From assembly GCA_945883545.1 (NCBI GenBank), contig CAMCXT010000004.1:11829-75828 (forward strand): a stretch of 64,000 nucleotides of DNA. Reading direction: 5' to 3'. The notes beneath the pieces were generated by a model, which did no database searches, was not told the origin of the DNA, and worked only from the letters and a program-made list of their open reading frames with translations. Of this stretch, positions 38,178-48,932 are shown piece after piece. Positions within the stretch are counted from its first letter, which is position 1. Every line of letters begins with the position of its first letter. The translations under genes and the position numbers were made by a program. This DNA is from Chitinophaga pinensis (GTDB lineage: Bacteria > Bacteroidota > Bacteroidia > M30B66).

Positions 38178-39479
38178 TTGCTCTACAAATTTTCACATTT
38201 CATTATAGGCTTCTGGATGCGTGTGCATTTTAGAAGGATTTTCGTAAAAACGATTGCCAACATTCCCCGGAAAGGTCCTGTATTGTTGTCGTGTAACCAT
38301 GCAAATTCTTTTTTGGATGCCGTTGCTGTATCGCTCATTTTAAAGCGTGATGTCCATTTTTTGGCTCGCTCGGATGTATTTAAAAAGCCTTGGGCAAATT
38401 TTCTACTTCGGAAATTGAATATGATTCCGATTTATCGCTTGCAAGACGGCGTTGAAAACCTAGATCGAAACAATGAAACCTTCCAAATTTGTTCCGAACT
38501 CCTTGGCAGGGGAGAAGTAGTGCTGATTTTTTCTGAAGGTAATTGCGTGGTAGAAAAGCGATTGCGGACATTGAAAAAGGGCACTGCACGTATTTGGTTT
38601 GGTGCCATGGAAGCCCACAATTGGCAACTTGAAATTCCAATCATTCCTGTGGGAATCAATTATTCCCATCCTTATGATTTTCGAACGGAATTGATGGTTT
38701 CTTTCGGTAAGGCATTGCATTTTTCAGATCTCAAAGACGATTGGTACAACGACAATGCCCATGCGATCAAGGTATTTAACGATCGTCTCACCGAAGGTGT
38801 AACTGCTGAAATGCTTATTATTCCAGCGCAAGAATTTGATTTGGGTACTGAGGATTTACTCGATTTCAAAAGAAGTTTACACCGTTACCCACTGCTGAAA
38901 ACATACTATTTTGAAGCTTCTAGATTTGATGAAGAAAATCGGTTTTTGAAGCAATTGTTTCAAACAGAAAATCACCAGCAGATTATCGAAGAAGCCCATA
39001 GAACCGGTCAAGCATTGCGTACTGCTGGTTTCAGAGTGAATCAATTTTCTACCGAAATATCAAAGTGGAATACATTGTTTCTCATCCTGGGATTTATCCC
39101 TGCAATGGTTTCAGTTTGTATCAATGCATTGCCCATCTGGCTCACAAGAAAAGCTTTGGTGGGAACCCAAAAGGATCCAAAATTCAGAGCATCTGTGATG
39201 ATGGGCGCTTCAGCAATTGTATCCTACGTTTTCTACCTTTTGATCACACTCATAGGCATGATCTTCAGTTGGAAAATGATCTTTTGTTTGGTAGTTTTTC
39301 CTTGGATAACTGTGCTGACGGTTGTTTGGTGGGAACAGTTGCAAATTCGAAGAGCCAGAATGCAGGAACATGTGTGGTACAAAAAATCTCCAGACCTCAT
39401 GATGAAGCTGGAGATGAGTAGAGAGAATCTCTTTATGCAATCGGGCGCGATTAGTCTTTCACCCGCTGAAGACGCATAG
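38178..39479 (+). CDS. PlsC-family glycerolipid acyltransferase
   Basis: NHANSFLD (HxxxxD), FLARSD, FSEG, KKGTAR, IIPVGINY; TAGTTTTG promoter element at 38151. Confidence 0.88.
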   Translation: MLYKFSHFIIGFWMRVHFRRIFVKTIANIPRKGPVLLSCNHANSFLDAVAVSLILKRDVHFLARSDVFKKPWANFLLRKLNMIPIYRLQDGVENLDRNNETFQICSELLGRGEVVLIFSEGNCVVEKRLRTLKKGTARIWFGAMEAHNWQLEIPIIPVGINYSHPYDFRTELMVSFGKALHFSDLKDDWYNDNAHAIKVFNDRLTEGVTAEMLIIPAQEFDLGTEDLLDFKRSLHRYPLLKTYYFEASRFDEENRFLKQLFQTENHQQIIEEAHRTGQALRTAGFRVNQFSTEISKWNTLFLILGFIPAMVSVCINALPIWLTRKALVGTQKDPKFRASVMMGASAIVSYVFYLLITLIGMIFSWKMIFCLVVFPWITVLTVVWWEQLQIRRARMQEHVWYKKSPDLMMKLEMSRENLFMQSGAISLSPAEDA

Positions 39480-40500
39480 CGCTAAGCATCCAGTTAGGTA
39501 ATGGCTTTGCCGGATTTCGTTTCCGGAGATCGAGGTACCAATTGAGTTTCTTCAAGATCGGTAAACGATGGGTTTGCACAAATTCGATCAACGTTCCATC
39601 TGGATCTTCGGTGTATGAAAAATGTCCAGCCGCCTCACCCATGTCGAAGCTATTCGCACTATCTACAGTAAAAGGATGTCCTTTTGATTCGCAGTTTTGC
39701 TTCAAGGCTTCCATGTCGTTCACATCGAAACAAATGTGGATGAATCCTTGGTCGCCCCAATATCTGCCTTCGTAAATCTTTTTGGCTTGTTCGTCGATCA
39801 ATTGAACGAGTTCCACTTCTGCCATGCCCAAAAGGTTGCTGAAAGCTCCTCCAGGTTTGATTGTTGGTTGCAACAAAACTCTGCGGCAATTCATCCCATC
39901 AAATTCAGTTAAACGCGACGTATGATCGGCTGCAACACGACCAAATCCGAGCACTTCAGCATAGAATTTTATCGCATTTTCCATATTGCTCACGCCAATC
40001 TGGACACCTTGAACACCTCCGTTGGTATGCGAGCCACTGCCAAACCAAGTCAAGCCGTGGGTAAACGTAAAACGGTTTCCATCTGGATCCTCAAGGAAAA
40101 AACGTTCTCCATGCACAGGATCAGGAAGCAATTCGGATGGCTGTAGCCCGCGATGCAAGAAAAATTCTCTCGCACGAGCCACGTTTTGACATTTCATCAT
40201 CACGCCAAAAATTCCCAAATCGCCGGGTTTCACTTTAAATTGAGGCTTTTGAGGAGGCCGATCGGTGAATTGCCAGATTTCAAATCCACCGCCACCTTGC
40301 ATGTTCAAAGCCAATATCGCATAACGTTGTCGGGCTTCATGGCCTGTGTAACGTGTCATCAATGCTGCAGTGGATGCATCTTTGAAAACAGGAACATCCA
40401 TTCCAAACATTTTACGGTACCAAGTCCAGCTGGCTTCGGCATCAGCACATCCAATTCCAACTTGTTGGATGCCACTGAGGAGTGATAATTTTGAACTCAT
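39451..40500 (-). CDS. Two-domain VOC/glyoxalase family protein
   Basis: GIQQVGIG, FEIWQ, DPDGN, IHICFD, EDPDGTLIEFV; ATGA overlap with the SDR gene. Confidence 0.88.
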   Translation of the reverse strand: MSSKLSLLSGIQQVGIGCADAEASWTWYRKMFGMDVPVFKDASTAALMTRYTGHEARQRYAILALNMQGGGGFEIWQFTDRPPQKPQFKVKPGDLGIFGVMMKCQNVARAREFFLHRGLQPSELLPDPVHGERFFLEDPDGNRFTFTHGLTWFGSGSHTNGGVQGVQIGVSNMENAIKFYAEVLGFGRVAADHTSRLTEFDGMNCRRVLLQPTIKPGGAFSNLLGMAEVELVQLIDEQAKKIYEGRYWGDQGFIHICFDVNDMEALKQNCESKGHPFTVDSANSFDMGEAAGHFSYTEDPDGTLIEFVQTHRLPILKKLNWYLDLRKRNPAKPLPNWMLSAMRLQRVKD

Positions 40501-41288
40501 GTTGCTTTTACTTTTTTGATGAGCCAGTAGAAAACCGGCGGACAATATCTTCGGAGATACACAGGAAGCAATTCCATTTTTCCTATTAAAACCTCGTATT
40601 TCTTTTGTTTGATGGCACGCTCAATTACTTTGGCACAATGGTCGGCTGTGATGCCGTTTCTTTGGCCTGAATCGAGCAGATTGTGCGCACTTCCATCGCC
40701 TTTCACAGCATTGAAAGAGATTTTGGTTAAAACCCTGCCGGGACAAATCAGCGTAACGTAAACAGGGATGTCTTTTAGTTCCAAACGGAGGGCTTCGAAA
40801 TACCCGTGAAGCGCATGTTTTGCAGCAGCATAAGTGCTCCTTAGTGAAAATCCGAACTTTCCTGCAATGCTAGAAACCACCACGATATGCCCCTTTTTTC
40901 TGGAAACAAAATGTGGCAGCAACGCCTTCGAAAGTGCTACTGGTGCGAAATAGTTGATTTCCATCAACCTACGTTCTACTTCGTTAGATGTTTCTAATGC
41001 TGGCGACCGCTGACTTACACCGGCATTGTTTACCAAAACATCAACATGGCCCCAAAAACTGAGCGCTTTTTGAACAACTTCATCGAAAGTATCGATATGG
41101 ATTAGCTCAAATGGAAGGATTTCAACGGGTACATTTTGCGGAATTTCTGATTTCAGGTTTTCCAATGCTTTAACATCTCTTCCGCTGATTATGATTGCGT
41201 TACCGGCCGTTCCAAGTCGCTTCGCCAAAGCCTCTCCAATGCCTGAAGATGCCCCAGTAATCCAGAATACCGTATGGTGCTGATCCAT
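40497..41288 (-). CDS. SDR oxidoreductase (DHRS7-like)
   Basis: WITGASSGIG, NNAG, SS, YAAAK. Confidence 0.93.
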   Translation of the reverse strand: MDQHHTVFWITGASSGIGEALAKRLGTAGNAIIISGRDVKALENLKSEIPQNVPVEILPFELIHIDTFDEVVQKALSFWGHVDVLVNNAGVSQRSPALETSNEVERRLMEINYFAPVALSKALLPHFVSRKKGHIVVVSSIAGKFGFSLRSTYAAAKHALHGYFEALRLELKDIPVYVTLICPGRVLTKISFNAVKGDGSAHNLLDSGQRNGITADHCAKVIERAIKQKKYEVLIGKMELLPVYLRRYCPPVFYWLIKKVKAT

Positions 41289-41396
41289 CGGCGGCAAGTT
41301 AATCAAAGGCTGCCTAATTTTTATAAGTAGATGCGATGTTCAATGAAACTTCTACATTTTATCCTAACCTTAGAAGTAAACTACTATTTTTGTAGG

Positions 41397-44105
41397 ATGG
41401 TAAAAACTACACATGAAAGACAATTGAAACAACTCAAATCTTTGTTGTTTCTGATTTTTTCGACAGTTTTCGGAATGTTGAATGCACAAACCGACGACGA
41501 ATTTTGGTTCGTTGCGCCTGAAGTCACTTCAAACCACGGCGACAATCCGATCGTGATTAGAGTAAGTGCATTTTCTCAAGATGCAGATATCACATTAAGT
41601 CAACCTGCAAATCCCAATTTTACCCCAATCAATCTTACAGTTATTGCAGGATCAACCGAAACGATCGACCTCACCGCGTTTCAAACCTTGATCGAAAATC
41701 AACCTGCAAACCAAGTGCTCAACAAAGGCTTGTACTTGCAGTCGTCGGTGCCAGTTACTGCTTACTATGAAGTGAATAATTTCGTGAATCCGGAAATTTT
41801 TGCATTGAAAGGTAAAAATGCACTTGGGCAAACATTCTACACGCCATTTCCTTCCGACTTTAACAATGGCACCTACACTCCATTAGCAATCAGCGGTTTT
41901 GAAATTGTAGCCACAGAAGACAATACCACGATCACCATCACACCAACTGCCGATTTGGTAACCCATCCAGCAGGAGTGCCTTTTACAGTTACGCTCAACC
42001 GCGGACAAACATATTCCTGTATTTCAAGTTCTACTGTTGCAGCCAGTCGACCGATCGGAACATCCATCACCTCCAATAAACCCATCGCAATAACATTGAA
42101 AGATGATTCGGCCGCATTGGGCGGTTGCCGCGATTTAATGGGCGATCAATTGGTGCCTACCGGTGTAATTGGTAGCGAATACATTGTTATGAAAGGCTAT
42201 CTGAACAATTCAGAAAAGGCTTATGTGCTCGCAGCATCTAACAATACGGAAGTTTTTATCGATGGAAATGCAACACCTGCAGCCACTTTGAACATCGGTG
42301 AGCAATACGCAGTCGATATTTTAAATCCCACAACATATATCACTTCAAGTGCGCCGGTGTATGTGCTGCATGCATCAGGATTTGGATGTGAATTAGGAAG
42401 TGCAATTCTTCCATCAATCCAATGCACAGGCTCGTCGTCGGTGTTTTTTACCCGTTCCACAAACGAGTTTTTCGGACTCAACATTATGGTTCGTCCAGGT
42501 TCTGAAGGCAATTTTCTGCTCAACGGATCAACAACCTTGGTTCCTGCCTCTGCATTCACTTTGGTGCCCGGTTCTTCTGGCGAATGGATGACCGCTCAAT
42601 TGTCGTTCAGTGATCTACAAATTCCTGTTGGTAACACATCGAGCATCGTCAATACATCAGTAAATTCTGAACTTTTCCATCTTGGAATTATCAATGGTGG
42701 AAATTCAACAGGTTGTCGATACGGCTATTTCTCCGATTTTTCAAGTACGTATTTGGGAGAAAATCAAACAGTTTGCATCAACGATTCCTTGTTACTGGAT
42801 GGTGGTGCTGGAAAGGATACCTATCTGTGGAGCACAGGCGATACGATACAACAAATTTATGTGTACACACCAGGAGAATATTGGGTTGTAACCGTGAAAG
42901 ATGGATGCGAAAGCAGCGATACCGTTACTGTTGTTCAAGATGCTCCTCAAATTCAACTTGGAAGCGATTTGGTTGCCTGTGGAACTTCAACTTTCGAGTT
43001 AAATCCAGGTCCTGGTTTTGTTGAGTTTCTTTGGAGCAACAACGCAACTACTTCAACAATCGATATCACATCACCGGGTGAATATTGGGTAGAAGCTTAT
43101 ACTTCAGCAGGTTGCAGAGCTCGTGACACCGTGAGTGTTACCTTCAACGAAATTCCTCCGATTTTAAATGTGCAGTATTTGTCGCCAGTTTGCGAAGGTG
43201 CTCCACTCACATTATCGGCTGTTGATGCAGTGGGCGAGGTTACTTGGACTGGACCAGCGAATTTCACATCCAACAACAGTCAGGTTTTGTTTGCCGACGT
43301 TCAACTCAATCAAAGCGGAAATTACACAGCGATTCAAACATTGAACGGATGCGACAGTCCACCAGCGCAATTTAGTATCGTGGTGAACGAAAGTTCAACG
43401 GTTTCAATTTCTGGCGATACCTTGATCTGCGAAGGCGAACTAGCTACGCTGACCGCGGAAGGGGATTTTTCTGGGCTTACATGGTCGAACGCTGCCACCA
43501 CATCGAGCATCGAAGTTGGTCCGGGCGTATGGACTGTTTCTTCCAATTCTGCTGAAGGTTGCGGCGATACAGCGACTGTTCAAGTATTATTGGCAGAACC
43601 TGTTGCCTTGTTTACGGTCGATCCTTCTACTACAGTTTTGAAAGGGAATACCATTGGATTAGCGGATTCTTCATTCGTTTTTCCAAGTACCAACCAAGTG
43701 ATTTATTCATGGGATTTTGGTGATGGAAATACGGCCTTAGGACCAGATCAAAATTATCTTTATGCCGATACCGGAAGTTTCAATTTGGTTTATGTTGTGA
43801 CCAATTCTGAAGGATGTTTAGATACTTTGACCTCGGAGATCATCGTAATTGGCGATATTGTGGTTCCCAATGTATTCTCACCGAATGGAGATGGGAAAAA
43901 CGACTTGTTTAAGATTGGCAATTTAGAAGCTTTTAAAAATCCTGCTATTTGGATTTTCAACCGATGGGGTAAACTCTTGTATTCGTCTGATAATTATCAG
44001 AATAACTGGGATGGAGAAGAATATCCTGATGGTACATATTTCTTCGTTTTGCAACTCATGAACCCGGAAAAGGAATACAAAGGAACTGTGTTTATTGCTC
44101 GTTAA
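41397..44105 (+). CDS. T9SS type B cargo (IgGFc-binding-like N-domain, Ig/PKD repeats, gliding-motility-associated CTD)
   Basis: EFWFVAPE, IVATEDNT, YLWSTG repeats, WDFGDG, VPNVFSPNGDGKND..IFNRWG..Y.N.WDG..GTYFF. TATTTTTG at 41385 argues against the 41331 start. Confidence 0.88.
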   Translation: MVKTTHERQLKQLKSLLFLIFSTVFGMLNAQTDDEFWFVAPEVTSNHGDNPIVIRVSAFSQDADITLSQPANPNFTPINLTVIAGSTETIDLTAFQTLIENQPANQVLNKGLYLQSSVPVTAYYEVNNFVNPEIFALKGKNALGQTFYTPFPSDFNNGTYTPLAISGFEIVATEDNTTITITPTADLVTHPAGVPFTVTLNRGQTYSCISSSTVAASRPIGTSITSNKPIAITLKDDSAALGGCRDLMGDQLVPTGVIGSEYIVMKGYLNNSEKAYVLAASNNTEVFIDGNATPAATLNIGEQYAVDILNPTTYITSSAPVYVLHASGFGCELGSAILPSIQCTGSSSVFFTRSTNEFFGLNIMVRPGSEGNFLLNGSTTLVPASAFTLVPGSSGEWMTAQLSFSDLQIPVGNTSSIVNTSVNSELFHLGIINGGNSTGCRYGYFSDFSSTYLGENQTVCINDSLLLDGGAGKDTYLWSTGDTIQQIYVYTPGEYWVVTVKDGCESSDTVTVVQDAPQIQLGSDLVACGTSTFELNPGPGFVEFLWSNNATTSTIDITSPGEYWVEAYTSAGCRARDTVSVTFNEIPPILNVQYLSPVCEGAPLTLSAVDAVGEVTWTGPANFTSNNSQVLFADVQLNQSGNYTAIQTLNGCDSPPAQFSIVVNESSTVSISGDTLICEGELATLTAEGDFSGLTWSNAATTSSIEVGPGVWTVSSNSAEGCGDTATVQVLLAEPVALFTVDPSTTVLKGNTIGLADSSFVFPSTNQVIYSWDFGDGNTALGPDQNYLYADTGSFNLVYVVTNSEGCLDTLTSEIIVIGDIVVPNVFSPNGDGKNDLFKIGNLEAFKNPAIWIFNRWGKLLYSSDNYQNNWDGEEYPDGTYFFVLQLMNPEKEYKGTVFIAR

Positions 44106-44201
44106 TTGGTCGTTTACCGAAGTTTGAGATTTTTTTTGAGAGCTGTATAGAACTCGGGTATCCTTCATTACTTTAGGAACTTGAAATCAAAGCATATTAG
44201 C

Positions 44202-47015
44202 ATGCATAAATTTTACGGTTCTGTAGTTCTATTTTGTTGTCTTTTGTTTTCTGGAATATTGGGTGCACAAACCGTTACAGGCAGTGTAGTGGATTCCAAA
44301 ACAGGAGATCCGCTCATTGGTGCAACTGTTGTTATTGTGGGCACATCAACCGGAACTACTGTTGATGTGAATGGAAAATTTGTGCTCAACAATGTGGGTT
44401 CGTTTCCATTGCAATTGAGGGTTTCTTATCTAGGATATTTGCCTTTCGTTTATGCGGTGAATTCTCAAGACCAGAAAGTGAAAATCGTGATGGTAGAGTT
44501 GGAGACCGTTCTAAAAGTGCAAGAAATTTCCGACACCAGAATTACCGAAAAGCAAAGAGAAAATCCATTAACAGTTGAAGCGCTCGATATTATTGCGATT
44601 AAAGAAACACCGGCAGCCAATTTTTATGATGGTTTAGGTGCGCTAAAAGGCGTCGATTTAACTGCAGCCAGTTTGGGATTTAAAATCATCAATACCCGCG
44701 GTTTTAATAGCACTTCGCCAGTACGATCGTTGCAAATCATCGATGGGGTCGACAATCAGGCTCCTGGTTTGAATTTTTCGTTGGGTAATTTCCTTGGTTC
44801 TTCGGAGCTCGATGTGCAAAAAGTTGATATTATCGTTGGAGCATCATCGGCCTTTTACGGCCCAAATGCTTTTAACGGTGTAATCAGCATGAACACCAAG
44901 AGCCCATTCGATTTTCCAGGGCTTTCTGTTCAAACCAAAGTGGGTGAACGTGAATTGTTCGAAACGGCTATCCGCTGGGCGCAAAAATTCAAGAACAAAG
45001 ACAGCGTCGATAAATTCGCCTACAAACTGAATATTTCCTTCATGAAGGCTTACGATTGGGAAGCCGATAATATGTCGCCTACCGAGCAGTCAATTGCAGA
45101 TGCTAGAAATCCAGGCGGTTATGATGCAGTGAACCGTTATGGTGATGAAGCAATTGGAACATTTTTTAACGATTATACTTCAGCATTTAATAAGGAATTT
45201 AATTCTGGTTTGGGTGCAATATTCAGAAGTGGATACGAAGAGCGCGATTTGGTTGATTACAACACCCGAAACCTGAAGTTAAATGCGGCTTTTCATTATA
45301 GAATCAAGCCTGATTTGGAACTCATTTTTAGCTCCAATTTCGGAACTGGAACCACCATCTATCAAGGAGAAAATAGATTCAGTTTAAGGGATATTTTATT
45401 CTTTCAAAACAGACTCGAATTGGTGAAGAAAGACAAAGGATTTATACGATTCTATGCGACACATGAAAACGCCGGTAATTCTTACGATGCAGTTGTTTCA
45501 GCTTTTGAATTACAGAATTTGTCTAAATCCAATGAAACTTGGGTAAGTCAATATTTCAATTCTTGGAAACAAGGAGGATTCAATGCACCGTATTTTAAAG
45601 TTCAGAACTTCCCGGGTTATCCAAGTGCTCAGTTCGATGAGGCTATTTATGATCAAGTAATGATCGATAATTATGATGCTTTGCTCGCTCTACATGACAA
45701 AGTGAGAGACAAAGTGAACAAAAAGATTTATCTCAACGAATTGGATTTCTTTGAGCCAGGAACTGCTCGATTCGACTCAGCATTGGCATCCATTAAATCG
45801 AGAAATCTATCTGAAGGAGGTTCTAAGTTGAAAGACAAATCGGCGTTGTACCATCTGCATGCCGAATACAAGTTTAAAATCAACAAGAAATCTGAATTAA
45901 CAGTTGGCTCAAACGGTCGAATTTACACTCCAAATTCTGAAGGCTCAATCTTTAGCGATACATCGCAGATAGATCGAATTGAAGGAACAGACACTACTTA
46001 CAAAAGACGTGTGATCATTAACCGAGAATTTGGTGCTTATGCAGGTTATCAAATTCGTTTGCTTGAAGACAGATTGAAATTAAGCGCCACTGTTCGTGTC
46101 GACAAAAACCAGAACTTCAATTATATCTCAACACAAAGTCTTTCTGCGGTTTACACTGTGAACAACAACCATGTGTTTAGAGCTGTATTTTCAAGTGCGA
46201 TTCGAAACCCAACTTTGCAAGACCAATATCTGTATTACAATGTTGGAAGGGCTATTCTTCTGGGAAATCTTGAAGGCAAGGATTCGTTGATCCGAGTGGA
46301 GTCGTTCAGAGATTATTTAATCAATGCCGACAAATCGAAGTTGCGTTATTTCAATGTGGATCCAATCAGACCTGAGCGTGTGCGCACTTTAGAAGCTGGC
46401 TACCGCGCTACTTGGTTTAAGAAGATATTCGTTGATGCAAGTTATTACTACAGTATTTACCGCGATTTTATCGGATTTAAAGTAGGCATCGACGCAGATT
46501 TCCCAACACCGATTTTTCCTCAAGTAAATGCGGTGTATCGTTTGTCTAGTAACACCAACGATTTGGTTTATACGCAAGGTGTTTCGGTAGGTGTAAACTA
46601 TTATTTCGCCAACAAATACAGCCTTATCGGAAATTACTCATACAACCGCATGTCTCGTCCAGACAGCACCGATGAAATCATTACAGCCTTCAACACTCCG
46701 CTGAATAAATTTAATATCGGTTTCAACGGAAGAGAAATCAAATTGCCATTTATCCGTGGAGAGCATTTTTCTTTCAGCATGAACTACAAGTGGATTCAAG
46801 GATTCAGGTTTGAAGGTGCTCCTCAATTTACAGGTTCGATTCCATCTTACGCCCTTGTGGATGCTCAAGTTTCTTGGGCCGTTCCAAAGATTAAATCGGT
46901 GTTTAAACTTGGTGCTTCAAACATCTTAAACAACAGAGTTTTCATGGTGTATGGTGGGCCAAGAGTAGGGCGGATGGCTTACTTTTCTATCCTTGTAGAT
47001 ATTCCGAAAAACTAG
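44202..47015 (+). CDS. TonB-dependent receptor
   Basis: QTVTGSVVD..PLIGATV, plug LKGVD..INTRGFN..IDGVDN, GASSAFYGPNAFNG; beta-barrel C-terminus. Confidence 0.92.
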   Translation: MHKFYGSVVLFCCLLFSGILGAQTVTGSVVDSKTGDPLIGATVVIVGTSTGTTVDVNGKFVLNNVGSFPLQLRVSYLGYLPFVYAVNSQDQKVKIVMVELETVLKVQEISDTRITEKQRENPLTVEALDIIAIKETPAANFYDGLGALKGVDLTAASLGFKIINTRGFNSTSPVRSLQIIDGVDNQAPGLNFSLGNFLGSSELDVQKVDIIVGASSAFYGPNAFNGVISMNTKSPFDFPGLSVQTKVGERELFETAIRWAQKFKNKDSVDKFAYKLNISFMKAYDWEADNMSPTEQSIADARNPGGYDAVNRYGDEAIGTFFNDYTSAFNKEFNSGLGAIFRSGYEERDLVDYNTRNLKLNAAFHYRIKPDLELIFSSNFGTGTTIYQGENRFSLRDILFFQNRLELVKKDKGFIRFYATHENAGNSYDAVVSAFELQNLSKSNETWVSQYFNSWKQGGFNAPYFKVQNFPGYPSAQFDEAIYDQVMIDNYDALLALHDKVRDKVNKKIYLNELDFFEPGTARFDSALASIKSRNLSEGGSKLKDKSALYHLHAEYKFKINKKSELTVGSNGRIYTPNSEGSIFSDTSQIDRIEGTDTTYKRRVIINREFGAYAGYQIRLLEDRLKLSATVRVDKNQNFNYISTQSLSAVYTVNNNHVFRAVFSSAIRNPTLQDQYLYYNVGRAILLGNLEGKDSLIRVESFRDYLINADKSKLRYFNVDPIRPERVRTLEAGYRATWFKKIFVDASYYYSIYRDFIGFKVGIDADFPTPIFPQVNAVYRLSSNTNDLVYTQGVSVGVNYYFANKYSLIGNYSYNRMSRPDSTDEIITAFNTPLNKFNIGFNGREIKLPFIRGEHFSFSMNYKWIQGFRFEGAPQFTGSIPSYALVDAQVSWAVPKIKSVFKLGASNILNNRVFMVYGGPRVGRMAYFSILVDIPKN

Positions 47016-47042
47016 AATAAACGACTTTTCTAATCGCTTTTA

Positions 47043-47082
47043 TACGGCCATTTGCTCAATGATGCATTGGTCGTATTTTTTT
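47043..47082 (+). terminator. Intrinsic terminator after the TonB receptor
   Basis: TACGGCCA...TGGTCGTA hairpin followed by T7. Confidence 0.55.
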
Positions 47083-47191
47083 GAAATTCAATGGGTTATC
47101 GTTATTGATTAATGGTTGAAAAGTCTTTGTTGAATTTCTTTTGTTGCAGCTACAAAATCCCGTACTTGCACAATAAACAAAACATAAAAAC

Positions 47192-48877
47192 ATGAAAAAA
47201 ATTTACGCTAAAGTTTTGGCTGGAGCATTGTTGCTTTTCGGCGCGAACGTTCAGGCGCAGCGTTATGTGAATGAGGTTTTTACCGATGCTGAAATCACAG
47301 TTGCTCTTGATCAAACCTATGCACAAAATTACTCTGTAGAGCCTGCTGTTCTGCAAACTGGTGTTCCTGCATTAATTACTTTAGAAGCAGACATCTACCA
47401 TCCAACTAACGCGATCGATACTGAGCAAGAGCGTCCTTTGATAATTTACCTTCCAACAGGTAACTTCTTACCACCTGTTGTGAACGGTGCACCTACCGGA
47501 TCTCGCAAAGACAGTTCAGCTGTAAACATGGCAAAATTGCTTGCAAAGCGAGGTTATGTAGTAGCTGTAATTGAATACCGTTTGGGTTGGAATCCAACTT
47601 CACCTGATCAAGTTGTTCGTACTGGAACAATCTTAAATGCTGCTTACAAGGGTATGCAGGATTCTAAGGCTGCAGTTCGTTTCTTCCGTAACGACCGCGC
47701 TACTGTTAACACCTACAAAATCAATCCGAACAAAGTTGCTTTGATCGGTGAAGGTACAGGTGGGTACATCGCGATGGCTCACGCATTCTTGAATTCTCCA
47801 AGTAAAATCGGTCGTCTTCCAGGTTTGGGTGGTACTAAATTCCTCCGTACACAAAATCCAGACAGTTCAGTAATTGATACGAACCGTGTAGGTAACTTCA
47901 ACGGAACAAACGATATTCCACTTGACATTTCTGCATTGCTTACAACTGGAGATTTAACCAAGGTTTCTGGAAACTTTGCTAACTATCCAACTTATTCATC
48001 AGATGTGAATTTTGTAATCAATCTTGGTGGTGCGCTTGGAGATTCTTCATGGATCGACAGAGGTCAATTGCCAATGATCGGTATCCACGCTGTACGCGAT
48101 CCTAATGCTCCTTACCAATTGGGCGACGTTGTTGTTCCAACTCAACCACCAAGCATCGTTATTCCTTGGGCTACTGGTGCTGGTTACAATCTAGAACGTG
48201 CAAACTTCTTCGAAAACAACGCATCTTTTGCTAATAAGATTTATTCTGACGCAATCACAGCATCAGTAGAAGCGCGTTACGGAACTTCAATTCCATTCAA
48301 CGGCGACATTATTGCTGTAGGAACTGGAAAAGGTTTACTTCCTTTCGTTCTTACTGAAGCTGCTGCTTATCCGCTTAACCACGGAAGTCCTTGGCAATTC
48401 TGGAATTCAACTCAGCCTTCTGCAACTCAAAACGTTCCAGGGCAACAATTTACTACGCACCAAGCATCTTCAGCTAGTAATCCATTCATGGCTCAAAGTA
48501 ATGAAGTAGGTCGTAACACCGCACTTTCTTATATCGATACAATCCAACGGTTCATCAACCCACGTATGGTTTGTGCACTAGGTCTTGCGGAATGCGATCT
48601 TTATCCAACTGTAGGTATCAATGAAATTGGTGCAGCTTCAGCTTTGGTAAATGCTTTCCCGAATCCAGCAAATAACTTGATCAATCTTCAAGCTAAAAAT
48701 GCAGGTTCAATCCGTAACTGGTCGATGTTTGATCTTACTGGAAGAACGGTTATGACTGAGCAAAACATCAACACAAATGCAGTTCAAATTAACCGTGGAA
48801 GCCTTTCTTCAGGTCTTTACTTGATTCGTTTTGAAACAAACAAGGGTGCAGGTTCTGTGAACATCATCCTCGAATAA
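47192..48877 (+). CDS. T9SS-secreted alpha/beta-hydrolase-fold (carboxylesterase-like) protein
   Basis: QRYVNEVF, DIYHP..D....RPLIIY, AKRGYVVA.IEYRLG, MQDSKAAVRFFR; CTD FPNPA..GLYLIR. Confidence 0.85.
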   Translation: MKKIYAKVLAGALLLFGANVQAQRYVNEVFTDAEITVALDQTYAQNYSVEPAVLQTGVPALITLEADIYHPTNAIDTEQERPLIIYLPTGNFLPPVVNGAPTGSRKDSSAVNMAKLLAKRGYVVAVIEYRLGWNPTSPDQVVRTGTILNAAYKGMQDSKAAVRFFRNDRATVNTYKINPNKVALIGEGTGGYIAMAHAFLNSPSKIGRLPGLGGTKFLRTQNPDSSVIDTNRVGNFNGTNDIPLDISALLTTGDLTKVSGNFANYPTYSSDVNFVINLGGALGDSSWIDRGQLPMIGIHAVRDPNAPYQLGDVVVPTQPPSIVIPWATGAGYNLERANFFENNASFANKIYSDAITASVEARYGTSIPFNGDIIAVGTGKGLLPFVLTEAAAYPLNHGSPWQFWNSTQPSATQNVPGQQFTTHQASSASNPFMAQSNEVGRNTALSYIDTIQRFINPRMVCALGLAECDLYPTVGINEIGAASALVNAFPNPANNLINLQAKNAGSIRNWSMFDLTGRTVMTEQNINTNAVQINRGSLSSGLYLIRFETNKGAGSVNIILE

Positions 48878-48896
48878 TTTCTTTTTTCTTATTTTG

Positions 48897-48932
48897 GAAG
48901 TCCTTCCCAAGTTGGGAGGGACTTCTTTTTTT
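48897..48932 (+). terminator. Intrinsic terminator
   Basis: GAAGTCCTTCCCAA-g-TTGGGAGGGACTTC followed by T7. Confidence 0.85.
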
